DNA of 64,000 nucleotides from contig NZ_SMNA01000003.1 of the NCBI RefSeq assembly GCF_004353825.1, forward strand, positions 186,001 through 250,000, written 5' to 3'. The notes beneath the pieces were generated by a model that was given only the letters and a program-made list of their open reading frames with translations, did no database searches and was not told the DNA's origin. The translations under genes were made by a program, and so were the position numbers. The stretch comes from Occultella glacieicola (GTDB lineage Bacteria > Actinomycetota > Actinomycetes > Actinomycetales > Beutenbergiaceae). Shown piece after piece: positions 9,588-18,744 of the stretch (the stretch's first letter is position 1; the number at the start of each line of letters is the position of its first letter).

Positions 9588-10561
9588 GAGGAGAGGGCCT
9601 CCGAGAGTGCGGTGAGCTGGCGGACGGTCTGGTCGGGGGTCGAGCCGCCGACGCTGACGATGACCTCGTCCACGCCACGATCGAAGAGGGTGCGGAGCCC
9701 GTCGGCGACGTGCTCGGCGGAGCCGGCGAGACCGAACGCCTCGGCCATGGAGTCGGTGACCTGGGTTGCGGCCGCGGCCCGGTCGCCGCTGCGCACCGTC
9801 GCCCGCAGGGCCCGGACCTCGTCGGCGTCGAGACCGTAGATCCCGATCAGCTCGTCGGCGTAGGCGCCGCCCGCCATGGTGACGCATCTGGGCGCCAGGG
9901 CCCGCAGGGCCGCGGTCCGGTCGTCGTTGATCTCGACATCGAGCATCAGGGCGATCGCGGCGCAGCCGTCGGTGCGTTCGGCGGCGCCGGCCGCGACCTT
10001 CTCCTTGACGAAGTCGATGTGACCGGCGGAGATGCCGTGGGTGATCACGCCATCGGAGATGGCGCCGGCGAGCTCGAGCATCTTCGGACCGCGGGCGGCG
10101 AGGTACAGCGGGCCGTCCTGGGGGGCCCAGCGCAGCGCGGACCCGTCCGCCGAGAACGTCTCCCCGGTCACGTGCGCGGTGCCGCGGCCGAGTTCACGGG
10201 CGATCTGCACGGTCTCGCGGGTGATCTGCAACGGACGGCGCATCGGGATGCCCATCTCGCTGGCGAACTCGTAGCCGCCGGTGCCGAGCCCGAGCACGAA
10301 CCGGTCCGGCCCGATCTCCCGCAGCGTCGCCGCCAGGCTCGCGAGCAGGGTGGGGTGCCGCAGGAACGGGGACATCACGGCCGTGCCGAGCCGGACCCGT
10401 TCGGTGCTCGCCATCATCAGGGCGAGCGCGGCGGAGACGTCGCGGTGGAAGTAGTGGTCCGCGAGCCAGACGCTCGTGAAGCCGAGGGCCTCGGCGCGCC
10501 GCGCACCCTCGGCGGCGGCGGTGATCGGCTGGTCCAGGCGGACGGTGACGCCAACGTTCAC
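9584..10561 (-). CDS. LLM-class flavin/F420-dependent oxidoreductase
   Basis: AEALGFTSVWLADH, RLGTAVMSPFLRHP, RFVLGLGTG, YLAARGPKMLELAGAISDG. Confidence 0.85.
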   Translation of the reverse strand: MNVGVTVRLDQPITAAAEGARRAEALGFTSVWLADHYFHRDVSAALALMMASTERVRLGTAVMSPFLRHPTLLASLAATLREIGPDRFVLGLGTGGYEFASEMGIPMRRPLQITRETVQIARELGRGTAHVTGETFSADGSALRWAPQDGPLYLAARGPKMLELAGAISDGVITHGISAGHIDFVKEKVAAGAAERTDGCAAIALMLDVEINDDRTAALRALAPRCVTMAGGAYADELIGIYGLDADEVRALRATVRSGDRAAAATQVTDSMAEAFGLAGSAEHVADGLRTLFDRGVDEVIVSVGGSTPDQTVRQLTALSEALSS

Positions 10562-11454
10562 TGGTCCTTCTCTCTCGTGGTGGGGATCACGTGCTGGTCG
10601 GGTCCGCCGCTGGTCGACGGCGGAAGGAGGGCTTCGCGCAACAGTCCGGCCGCGCATCGGCGGCGGTAGTGCGCGCTGGCGCGCAGGTCGTCGATGGGGC
10701 TGATGTCGGCATCGACGGCAGCGACCGCGGCGTCGACGACGTCCGGGGTCGGGGAACGTCCCTCGAGCGCGGCCGCGGCGGCGTGCAGCCGCACCACGGT
10801 CGGTGCGACGGCGCCCATCGCGAGCCGGACGTCGGTGAGCCGACCGTCCGGCTCCCGGCACCACTGCCAGGCGAGGTTGAGGAACGAGATGGCCTGGGCG
10901 CGCCGCCCGCCGATCTTGCGGAACCCGCCCTCCGGGCTCGGCCGCGGGACGCGCACGCTGGTGACCCACTCGCCGGCGGTCAGGTCCACCCGGCGGGGTC
11001 CGAGCAGGAAGTCCGCGAGCGCCACGGTGCGCCGACCGCCGTCGGGCGTGACGATCTCGACCACCGCGTCCGCGGCGAGCAGGGCCGGGACGGTGTCCGC
11101 GGCCGGCGAGCCGGTGACCAGGTTGCCACCGATGGTGGCGCGGTTGCGGATCGTGGTCGAGGCGAACGCCTCGATGGCGGCGCTCAGGGCCGGGAAGGCA
11201 CCGGCGCACCCGGCGGCGACGTCGGTCAGCGGGTGCACGGCGGAGATCCTCAGCTCGCCCGTGCCGGGGTCCCGGGTGGCGGCGGGGCGCGTGGACGCGA
11301 GCCCGGTGAGGTCCACCAGGGTGGGCGCCTCCAGCCCGTCGCGGCGCTGCACGAGCAGGTCGGTGCCGCCGGCGACGGCCCGGGCCCCGGTCAGCAGCCG
11401 GGACACGTCCGCCGTCCCCTCCGGGCGCAGCAGGGTCGGGGTCGGCGGCGTCAT
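10558..11454 (-). CDS. Xanthine dehydrogenase/CODH-family FAD-binding subunit
   Basis: VAGGTDL, IRNRATIGGNL, SPAAD, ISPIDDLRASAHYR. Confidence 0.9.
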   Translation of the reverse strand: MTPPTPTLLRPEGTADVSRLLTGARAVAGGTDLLVQRRDGLEAPTLVDLTGLASTRPAATRDPGTGELRISAVHPLTDVAAGCAGAFPALSAAIEAFASTTIRNRATIGGNLVTGSPAADTVPALLAADAVVEIVTPDGGRRTVALADFLLGPRRVDLTAGEWVTSVRVPRPSPEGGFRKIGGRRAQAISFLNLAWQWCREPDGRLTDVRLAMGAVAPTVVRLHAAAAALEGRSPTPDVVDAAVAAVDADISPIDDLRASAHYRRRCAAGLLREALLPPSTSGGPDQHVIPTTREKDQ

Positions 11455-11918
11455 GCGTCACCGCCCGCGCGGCGGGCCGAGGCGGCGTCGTGGACCGCGT
11501 CGTAGAACCGGTTGTAGGCGGTGCACCGGCACAGGTTGCCGTCGAGCGCCGCACAGATCTGGTCGTCGCTCGGGTCCCGCTCGCGGTCCAGGAGAGCGGC
11601 GCAGGAGTTCAGGACACCGGGGATGCAGTAGCCGCACTGGATCGCCTGCCGGGCGACGAATGCCTCCTGGAGTGGGCCGTGCCCTGCCGCAGCGAGCCCT
11701 TCCACCGTGCGGATCTCCGCGTCGAGGACCTGACCCACGAGCACCAGGCAGGACGTCATGGCGCGCCCGTCGATGACCACGGTGCAGCTGCCGCACTCCC
11801 CCATGCCGCAGCCCTCCTTCGCGCCGGTCAGGGCGAGGTGGTCGCGCAGGTAGTCGAGCAGGCGCATGCCGTGGTCGGCCGGCGCCGGGGTGGGGACCGG
11901 CGATCCGTTCACGCGCAT
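11451..11918 (-). CDS. Xanthine dehydrogenase-family (2Fe-2S)-binding subunit
   Basis: GAKEGCGMGECGSCTV, QCGYCIPG, GNLCRCTAY. Confidence 0.92.
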   Translation of the reverse strand: MRVNGSPVPTPAPADHGMRLLDYLRDHLALTGAKEGCGMGECGSCTVVIDGRAMTSCLVLVGQVLDAEIRTVEGLAAAGHGPLQEAFVARQAIQCGYCIPGVLNSCAALLDRERDPSDDQICAALDGNLCRCTAYNRFYDAVHDAASARRAGGDA

Positions 11919-14155
11919 GGTGACTCCTCGATCAGGGCCAGCATTCGTTCCGGTGTCACGGGTAGCACCTGCGGCAGCACCCCGACCGCGTCCCGGATCG
12001 CGGCAGTGATCGCCGGCGGGGTCGGCACCACGACGACCTCGGACATGCCCTTCGCGCCGAACGGCCCGGAGTCCTCGCTGCCCTCGACGAACAGCGTGTG
12101 CATCCGGGGGGTGTCCGCGATCGTCGGCACCAGGTAGTTCTCGAGGCTGGTGGTGCGCGGCACGCCCTCACTGACCCGGTGGTCCTCCATGATCGCCAGG
12201 CCGAGGCCCTGCAGGATGCCCCCCTCGGCCTGCCCGATGGTGGCGGCCGGGTTGATCGGGGTGCCGCAGTCGAGCACGCACAGCAGCTCCGGCACCCGGA
12301 CCTCACCGGTCAGGGCGTTCACCTCGACCCGCACCACCTGGGTGCAGGTGCCGTAGACGCGATGCGGTGCGAACGTCGCGAGCTGCTCCGGCGGCACGAT
12401 GCCGATGTCATCGGTGTCCGGGAGCCGGAACTCGGCGTTCACCTCCGCTTCGCCGAGTTCGATCAGTTTCGTACCGACGCCTGCGGCGTCCGTGGCCAGC
12501 GGCAGGCCGAGGCCGCGGCACCGTTCGACGAGTTCGTCGCACGCCGCGCGCACCGCGGCACCGCCGGCATAGGTGGAGCGCGACGCCGCCGTCGGCCCCG
12601 ACTCCGGCACCGCGCCGGTGTCCCCCACGCGCACGTCGATGGTGTCGATCGGCAGGCCGAGTGCGTCCGCGGCGACCTGCCCGTACGTGGTCTGGATCGA
12701 CTGTCCGGTGTGGTTCGGCCCGGCCCAGATGGTGATCTGCCCGTGGTCGTCGATCGACAGGCGCGCCCGGGCGGTGTCCCCGGTGCCCGAGCCCATGCCG
12801 ACGCCCTTCATCGCGACGGCGATGCCGGTGCCGCGGCGCCAGGGGCCGGTCGCCTCCGCCTGCCACCGGTGTCGTTGCGCCCACAACGGATGGTCGACGG
12901 CGGTGCGCAGGGTCTCGCGCACGTTCAGGCTCGTCGTGGTCCGGTGCCGGTAGAGGCTGTGGCGGTCGCCGCGGTCGAGCACGTTCCGCAGGCGGATCTG
13001 CGCGGGGTCGAGGCCGAGTTCATGGGCGGCCTCGGTGATCGCGTTCTCGATCGCGAACGCGACCTGGGGCACGCCGTAGCCGCGGAACGCGCCGGCGTTG
13101 GCGTTGTTCGTGTAGTAGACGGTGCCGTCGAAGGCGGCGACGTCGAAGCCATAGGGCCCGGTGGACATCTCTGCCGACGTCTTCATCACGTTCGGGCCGG
13201 AGGTGATGATCGGGCCGGTGTCCGCGACGGCGCGCACGGACGAGCCGAGGATCCGGCCGTCCGCGGCGAACCCGATGTCGATCGAGGTCCAGAACGGGTG
13301 CCGTTTCGCGCCGGCCGCCATGACCTCCTCACGGGTCATGTGCACATGGACCGGGGCACCGGCCGCACGGGCCAGCAGCGCGAGGAAGACCGGCATCGGG
13401 TCGTCGTTGCGGGACCCGAACGCGCCGCCGACGGGGTTCGCGATCATCCGGACGGACTCCGCCGGGATGTCCAATGCGCGCGCGACCTTGCGCTGGTGCA
13501 GGCCCGGGTTCTGGGAGCCGCACCAGATGGTCACGGACTCCTCCTCGGCGTTCCAGGAGGCCACGCCGCCCGGCGTCTCGATCGCCACGTGCTCCTGCGC
13601 GGGGGTGTGCACCGAACGACGCAGCACCAGGGCCGCGCCGGCGATGGCAGCCTCGACGTCGCCCGAGGAGAACGCAATGTTGCCGGACACGTTCCCGCTC
13701 GCGTGCAGTTGCGGGGCGGCGGCGGCGGCCGCCGCGGCCGGCCCGTCGACCACGGGCAGCGGGGTGAGCTCGAGGCGGATCAGGTCGGCGGCCCGCTGGG
13801 CGGTGGTCGCGTCCGTGGCCGCGATCAGCGCGATGGCCTCGCCGACCTGGCGCACCACGGCATCCGCCAGAGCCGGACCGTCGACAGCCCGCGGACCGAG
13901 CGCGTTGACCGGCACGTCGGCCGCGGTCACCACGGCCCTCACGCCCGGCAGGGCGAGCGCCTCGCTGACGTCGATCGCGTCGATGCGGGCGTGCGGCACC
14001 GCGCTGCGCAGCACGTGGCCGTGCAGCATGCCCTCCTCACGCCGGTCGGTGACGTAGGTGATCGCGCCGGTGACGATGTCGTGGCCCTCGAGCGCGGGCC
14101 GGGACCGGCCGACCCACGGGGCGGGCCGGCCGGCCACGGGGGCGGGCGCCGTCAT
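11909..14155 (-). CDS. Xanthine dehydrogenase-family molybdopterin-binding subunit
   Basis: RSAVPHARI, VGGAFGSR, GAFRGYGVPQ, GPTAASRST, GQAEGGILQGLG, GAKGMSE. Confidence 0.92.
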   Translation of the reverse strand: MTAPAPVAGRPAPWVGRSRPALEGHDIVTGAITYVTDRREEGMLHGHVLRSAVPHARIDAIDVSEALALPGVRAVVTAADVPVNALGPRAVDGPALADAVVRQVGEAIALIAATDATTAQRAADLIRLELTPLPVVDGPAAAAAAAAPQLHASGNVSGNIAFSSGDVEAAIAGAALVLRRSVHTPAQEHVAIETPGGVASWNAEEESVTIWCGSQNPGLHQRKVARALDIPAESVRMIANPVGGAFGSRNDDPMPVFLALLARAAGAPVHVHMTREEVMAAGAKRHPFWTSIDIGFAADGRILGSSVRAVADTGPIITSGPNVMKTSAEMSTGPYGFDVAAFDGTVYYTNNANAGAFRGYGVPQVAFAIENAITEAAHELGLDPAQIRLRNVLDRGDRHSLYRHRTTTSLNVRETLRTAVDHPLWAQRHRWQAEATGPWRRGTGIAVAMKGVGMGSGTGDTARARLSIDDHGQITIWAGPNHTGQSIQTTYGQVAADALGLPIDTIDVRVGDTGAVPESGPTAASRSTYAGGAAVRAACDELVERCRGLGLPLATDAAGVGTKLIELGEAEVNAEFRLPDTDDIGIVPPEQLATFAPHRVYGTCTQVVRVEVNALTGEVRVPELLCVLDCGTPINPAATIGQAEGGILQGLGLAIMEDHRVSEGVPRTTSLENYLVPTIADTPRMHTLFVEGSEDSGPFGAKGMSEVVVVPTPPAITAAIRDAVGVLPQVLPVTPERMLALIEESPCA

Positions 14156-15480
14156 GCGTCCTCCTCCGCGGCCCAGGCGAGCGCGGCGGCTGCGGTCCAG
14201 GACTGGTCCCGGCTGCCCAGTGCGGCACCCGAAACCGCGTCGTAGTACTCGGCGAAGGTGCCGTCGGCGAGTTGGCGGCGGCCGGCGGCTGCGATCGCGT
14301 CGGCCGCTTCGCTCTCACCGTGGTGGCGCAACGCCCACGTGAACAGCCAGGTGATCACGGGCCACTGCGGGCCGCGCCAGTAGTTCCGGCTCACGAACAC
14401 GGGGCTGTCCGGGGACGTGGTCGGTGGCAGCGGGTTCGCGAGGCTGGCGTGACCGCACCAGGCGGGGCCGAGCAGGTCGGCGACCAGCCGGGTGTACTCC
14501 CGGGGCTCGGCGCCGCAGATCAGCGCGGCGAACCCGCCGATCGTGCTCGCGGTCAACCACTCACCGGCGCGCATGTCGTAGTCGCGGGCGTGCCCGGTCC
14601 CGGGGTCCACGGTCGCGGCGACGGCGGCCCTCGCCCGGGCGGCCATCTCCCGCAGCGTGGCTGCCTCGGTGGTGCGGCCCAGCCGCGTCCCGAGCCTGGC
14701 CAGCAGGTCCGCGGACAGGGCGTGGACGGCCGTGAAGAACACGTCACCGACCCGGAAGTCGATCACCTCGCGGGCCGCGGCGTCGTCGTAGCGCACCGAG
14801 ACGAGCTGTTCGACGAGCCAGAGGTAGCGGTCGTAGTCGGCATCGGCCGGCCGCTCGCCGGAGTCCGCCACGTGCTTGGTGTCCTCGCGGATGTACGGGG
14901 CCATCTCCCCGACCCGCACCCGGGCGCACGCGGCATCCCAGCGCGGCGAGTTGTCCATGCCGGACTCCCACGGATGGTGGATCTCGATGAGCCCGCTCGG
15001 GTGCGTCCCCCGGGCGTCGTCGAGCCACGTGTGCCAGGCCAGCCACGCGTCGAAGGTGTCGGCGAGGAAGAGGTCGAACGCCTCGGCGTCGGCGCCGCCG
15101 TTGCGGTGGGCCTGCTCGCCGATGATCCAGACAGCGAGACTATGTACGGCCGGTTGACAGATACCGGAGGTAACGACGTCGGAGGGCGCGGCCGCGAGGC
15201 CCACCGTCCGCCATCGCTGCGGCCCGGGGAAGTAGCCGGGCTCGGCACTGAAGAGGATCTGCGGGATCATCCCGGTGCGCCACTGGCCGCGCAGCAGGTG
15301 GCGCAGTTCGTCGAGCGCGCGCGGCACGGAGACCGTTCCCCAGCCGATCGCCACAAATGCGGCATCCCAGGACCACTGGTGCGGGTACAGCAGCGGCGCG
15401 GCGACCGTCTGTTCGCCCCGGTCATTGGCACGCAGCACGTCGGCGGCCGCGTGTGTGAGCGGTGTGGCGAGGTCGGGCAT
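14152..15480 (-). CDS. GH63/MGH1-like glycoside hydrolase (glucosylglycerate/mannosylglycerate hydrolase family)
   Basis: LYPHQWSWDAAF, HPWESGMDNSPRWD, YWRGPQWP, FAEYYD, QSWTAA; AAGGA upstream of ATG 15480. Confidence 0.88.
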   Translation of the reverse strand: MPDLATPLTHAAADVLRANDRGEQTVAAPLLYPHQWSWDAAFVAIGWGTVSVPRALDELRHLLRGQWRTGMIPQILFSAEPGYFPGPQRWRTVGLAAAPSDVVTSGICQPAVHSLAVWIIGEQAHRNGGADAEAFDLFLADTFDAWLAWHTWLDDARGTHPSGLIEIHHPWESGMDNSPRWDAACARVRVGEMAPYIREDTKHVADSGERPADADYDRYLWLVEQLVSVRYDDAAAREVIDFRVGDVFFTAVHALSADLLARLGTRLGRTTEAATLREMAARARAAVAATVDPGTGHARDYDMRAGEWLTASTIGGFAALICGAEPREYTRLVADLLGPAWCGHASLANPLPPTTSPDSPVFVSRNYWRGPQWPVITWLFTWALRHHGESEAADAIAAAGRRQLADGTFAEYYDAVSGAALGSRDQSWTAAAALAWAAEEDA

Positions 15481-15508
15481 CTTCGTCCTTCGGGGGTCCG
15501 GCTTGATC

Positions 15509-15536
15509 AACACGAATTGTGTTCGCGTGCTGAACA
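15509..15536. promoter_or_regulatory. Candidate ROK operator(s) in the divergent promoter
   Basis: Overlapping inverted repeats AACAC-N5-GTGTT (15509-15523) and TGTTC-N7-GAACA (15520-15536) in an AT-richer intergenic patch. Confidence 0.45.
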
Positions 15537-15663
15537 TAACTGCTTGTTCCGCGGAGGTCAACGTGCCATCATGACGACACGCCGCCGGTGCTCCAGCGAG
15601 TCGGCGGCGCCGAGGGGACCGGAGTTGGATCCGTTCCCCGGACCGATCGACGAAGGCAGGACG

Positions 15664-16956
15664 ATGGCAACGGACACCTCCGGACCGCCCACCGTCGCGG
15701 TGCCCGCGGGACAGCCGGCGACAGCCCTTCCGGCGACCTCCCACGGCGCGCTGGTGTCCTTCATCCGGTCCCGGCCGGGCTGGACCCGGCAGCAGCTCCT
15801 CGCCGCGACCGGGCTGTCCCGCACCACCCTGTTCGACCGTCTGGACGCCCTGTTCCAGCACGGCTACGTCTTCCAGGACGGTTCCGCACCGGCCGGCGCC
15901 GGAGGTCGTGGGCCGGGCCGTCGCTCGGAGTTGCTGCGCTGGGACACCCGCGGCCGGGTGGTGCTGGTCCTCGACCTGGGGCAGACCCACGCACGGATCT
16001 GTGTCACCACGGTCGGTGGCGGGAGCCAGCGGATGCGAGACGTCGCCATCGACATCGACACGGACGCACCCGGCTATCTGGCGCAGGTCACCGAGATCGG
16101 GGACGTGCTCCTGCGCGCCGGGACCGACGAGACCCTGATCGGCGTGGCGCTCGGCATCCCCGGTCCGGTCGACCCGGGCACGGGGGTGCTCGGCACCTCC
16201 ACCACGATGCCCCGCTGGGAGGGCTACCCGGTCTCCGAGAGCCTGCGCGAGCGCTGGGGGGTGCCCGTGGTCATCGAGAACGACGCCCGGGCGTTCGCCC
16301 TCGGCGAGTCCAGTGTGATCGGAGGCGACCGGTCGGTACTCGCGATCAAGTACGCGACCGGCATCGGTGCCGGGATCGTGGACACCGGCCATGTGCTGGA
16401 GGGCTCCGACGGCGCCGCCGGGGACATCGGCCACGTCCGGATCAGTGACGACGGCCCGGTGTGCACCTGCGGGCGCCGCGGCTGCCTGGCCGCCTGGGCC
16501 TCCGGTCACGCCCTGATCCGGCGCCTGGCCGAGACCGGCGTGCGAGACCTGAAGGACATCACCGAGCGCGTCGCGGCCGGCGATCCGGTGGTCTGCGCCG
16601 CCGTCGACGATGCTGCCGCACGCCTGTCCCGCGTGCTGGCCACCGTGGTCGCCGCGGTCAACCCGGACAACCTGGTGCTCGGCGGCTCGCTCGGTCGGCT
16701 GCCCAGGGTGGTGGCCCGGATCGATGCGCTGATCCGCGAGGACGTGACCGAACGCGCGCGCCGCCACCTCGTGGTGGGGGCCGCCCACCTCGGCGCCGAC
16801 GGCGCGGTGGTCGGCCTCACCCGCAAGGTGGTCGACCTCGTCTACGACCCCGCCGTGATCGACGCCGCGATCGCGGCCGGTGGTGCCGAGCGGCACGCGG
16901 GTGTCGCCGGACCGGCCGACCCGGTGCGCCCCGGCGCCGAGCACGCGCCGGCATGA
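15664..16956 (+). CDS. ROK family transcriptional regulator
   Basis: N-terminal HTH (TRQQLLAATGLSRTT, GPGRRS), GIPGPVD, IENDARAFALGE, GDIGH, CTCGRRGCL zinc motif. Confidence 0.92.
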   Translation: MATDTSGPPTVAVPAGQPATALPATSHGALVSFIRSRPGWTRQQLLAATGLSRTTLFDRLDALFQHGYVFQDGSAPAGAGGRGPGRRSELLRWDTRGRVVLVLDLGQTHARICVTTVGGGSQRMRDVAIDIDTDAPGYLAQVTEIGDVLLRAGTDETLIGVALGIPGPVDPGTGVLGTSTTMPRWEGYPVSESLRERWGVPVVIENDARAFALGESSVIGGDRSVLAIKYATGIGAGIVDTGHVLEGSDGAAGDIGHVRISDDGPVCTCGRRGCLAAWASGHALIRRLAETGVRDLKDITERVAAGDPVVCAAVDDAAARLSRVLATVVAAVNPDNLVLGGSLGRLPRVVARIDALIREDVTERARRHLVVGAAHLGADGAVVGLTRKVVDLVYDPAVIDAAIAAGGAERHAGVAGPADPVRPGAEHAPA

Positions 16957-18308
16957 GCGCATCCGCGTCGACCGGGCCAGGGGCATGGCTGCGGCGAGCC
17001 GACCCCGGCTATCCGTCACGCCGTGCGGGCCTCTCGGTCTCGGCCTGGCAGCCGCCTCGCCCGATGCCCGCCGCCATCGCCACCCCCCACACCCCCGACG
17101 AGGTGGTCGAGGCCGTGCGGCGCGCCCGCGCCGAGGGTCTGCGGCTCGCGGTCCGCGGTGGTGGTCACTCCCTGAGCGCGACCCACCTCGTCGACGGCGC
17201 GGCCGTCCTCGACCTGAGGCACCTCACCCGCTTCGACGTGAAACGCGAGTCCGCGACGGCCTGGGTCGGTCCTGGCGTGACCACCCTCGCGGCCGCGGCA
17301 GCCCTGGATGCCGTGGAACTCTCCTTCCCGGTCGGACACGCACCGACCGTGGGTTTGTCCGGCTTCCTACTTGCCGGTGGCAACGGCTGGAACACGCCGG
17401 TCTGGGGCCATGGCTGCGAGCGGGTGCTCGCCGCGGACGTCGTGTTCGCCGACGGACGCCGAGCGGTCGTCGACGACGAGACGGATCCGGACCTCTTCCG
17501 GGTGCTGCGCGGCGCCGGGCCGGCGTACCCCGGCGTCGTGGTGGCGTTCCGGCTGCAACTGGCGCCCGAGCCACCCCGGATCAGGCGGCACGTGGTCGAG
17601 GTCGACGCCCGCGACGCCGAGCGGGTCGGCGCGACCTTGGACGAGGTGGTGGCCACGCTCCCGGCGCACGTCGACACGACCGTGTTCTGGCACCCGGCCC
17701 GCGCGGACGACGACGTCCCGACCCTGACCGTCGCCGCCACGTCGTTCGCACCCGGTATTGACGACGGCCTCGACCCGATCCGCTCGGCAGACCTACCGGT
17801 GCTCTCGACCGCCTCAACGGACGCCGGCCGGTCGCTCTTCCAACTCCTCGACCCGCTCCCGCGCCACGAGGGGGACGCCATGTTCTCCGACCACCTCTGG
17901 ACCGACGCCGGCTACCGGGCACTGCTCCCGCTGCTGCCCACCCGCGACCCGCGCCTGAACGCCGCCTCGAGCGTGCTGCTGACGACCTCCGCACGGCGCG
18001 CCGACGGTGCGGCACCGGGCCGAGCCGTCTATTCGCCGTCGGGAAGGATGAGCGTCTCCGCCTACGCCCACTGGGATCCGGCCTCCCAGGGCCCCGAGCA
18101 CCCGGTCGGCTGGGCCCGCCAGGTCATCGCCCGCCTGGCGCACCTGGGCAACGGCTGCTATGTGGGCGAGGCGGACCTCACTGCCGGCCGGGCCACGCTC
18201 ACGGATTGCTTCGGCGGCGCCGGGGCCGACCTCGTGCGACGCGTGGTCGCCCGACTCGACCCCGACCGCGTCATGGCCACGCCGTTCACCGGGCACCACG
18301 GAAGCTGA
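16953..18308 (+). CDS. FAD-binding oxidoreductase (VAO/BBE-like, covalent-FAD motif)
   Basis: AVRGGGHS, PVGHAPTVGLSGFLLAGG, DLFRVLRGAG, C-terminal RLDPDRV; ATGA overlap with the ROK gene. Confidence 0.82.
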   Translation: MSASASTGPGAWLRRADPGYPSRRAGLSVSAWQPPRPMPAAIATPHTPDEVVEAVRRARAEGLRLAVRGGGHSLSATHLVDGAAVLDLRHLTRFDVKRESATAWVGPGVTTLAAAAALDAVELSFPVGHAPTVGLSGFLLAGGNGWNTPVWGHGCERVLAADVVFADGRRAVVDDETDPDLFRVLRGAGPAYPGVVVAFRLQLAPEPPRIRRHVVEVDARDAERVGATLDEVVATLPAHVDTTVFWHPARADDDVPTLTVAATSFAPGIDDGLDPIRSADLPVLSTASTDAGRSLFQLLDPLPRHEGDAMFSDHLWTDAGYRALLPLLPTRDPRLNAASSVLLTTSARRADGAAPGRAVYSPSGRMSVSAYAHWDPASQGPEHPVGWARQVIARLAHLGNGCYVGEADLTAGRATLTDCFGGAGADLVRRVVARLDPDRVMATPFTGHHGS

Positions 18309-18375
18309 CCGGGGCGCGGACTCGACCCCGGCGTCGCGCCAGGGGTGGCCGCTCCACCTCGCGTCCTGTTCCCGC

Positions 18376-18744
18376 TCAGGCGCCGCGGTACGCCCGCCAG
18401 CCGCCGGCGGCCGAGATGTCGGTGTGTCGTCCGGAGGCGACCTCCTCGGGTCGCAGCACCATGGACAACACGGCCCGGCCGTCGTCCAGGCGGAGCACGC
18501 CGAGCTCCAGCTCGGGCGGCTCGCCCGGCAGGAACCTCTCCGCGAGGACCGTCAGCGGCACGTCGTAGAGCTCACCGACGATCGCGGCGATCCCGCCGGG
18601 GGCGATGCCCGGGAACTCGTCACGGACCGAGAAGAACCGGTAGGCCGGCGCGGTGCGTGCCGGCCCGAGGAACGGGTGGCCGGCGATGTTGTGGTGCACG
18701 CCGCCGCCCCGCATGCCCTCACCGTTGACGAAGAGCTCAGGCAC
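18376..18744 (-). CDS. Gamma-glutamylcyclotransferase-fold / allophanate hydrolase C-terminal-like protein
   Basis: LFVNGEGMRG, ARTAPAYRFF, IVGELYDV, EPPELELG, DISAAGGWRAY; start overlaps the upstream stop. Confidence 0.7.
   Translation of the reverse strand: MPELFVNGEGMRGGGVHHNIAGHPFLGPARTAPAYRFFSVRDEFPGIAPGGIAAIVGELYDVPLTVLAERFLPGEPPELELGVLRLDDGRAVLSMVLRPEEVASGRHTDISAAGGWRAYRGA

Noticed and set aside
10558..14155. Calling the molybdoenzyme xanthine dehydrogenase (xdhABC/pucCDE) or CO dehydrogenase
   Set aside because: It lacks the CODH AYxCSFR loop (has AFRGYG), sits in a ROK/sugar operon and has no AllR-type box; specificity cannot be assigned.
1501..14245. Many long plus-strand ORFs opposite the first operon
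   Set aside because: Arg/Gly/Pro-rich antisense frames without family motifs.
14272..17019. Long overlapping ORFs 14152..17019 (-) and 14272..16956 (+)
   Set aside because: Extensions are stop-poor shadows typical of high-GC DNA; real starts are at 15480 and 15664.
16953..18308. Calling the FAD oxidase cytokinin dehydrogenase
   Set aside because: Only the family-wide GHS motif is recognisable; no specific signature was seen.
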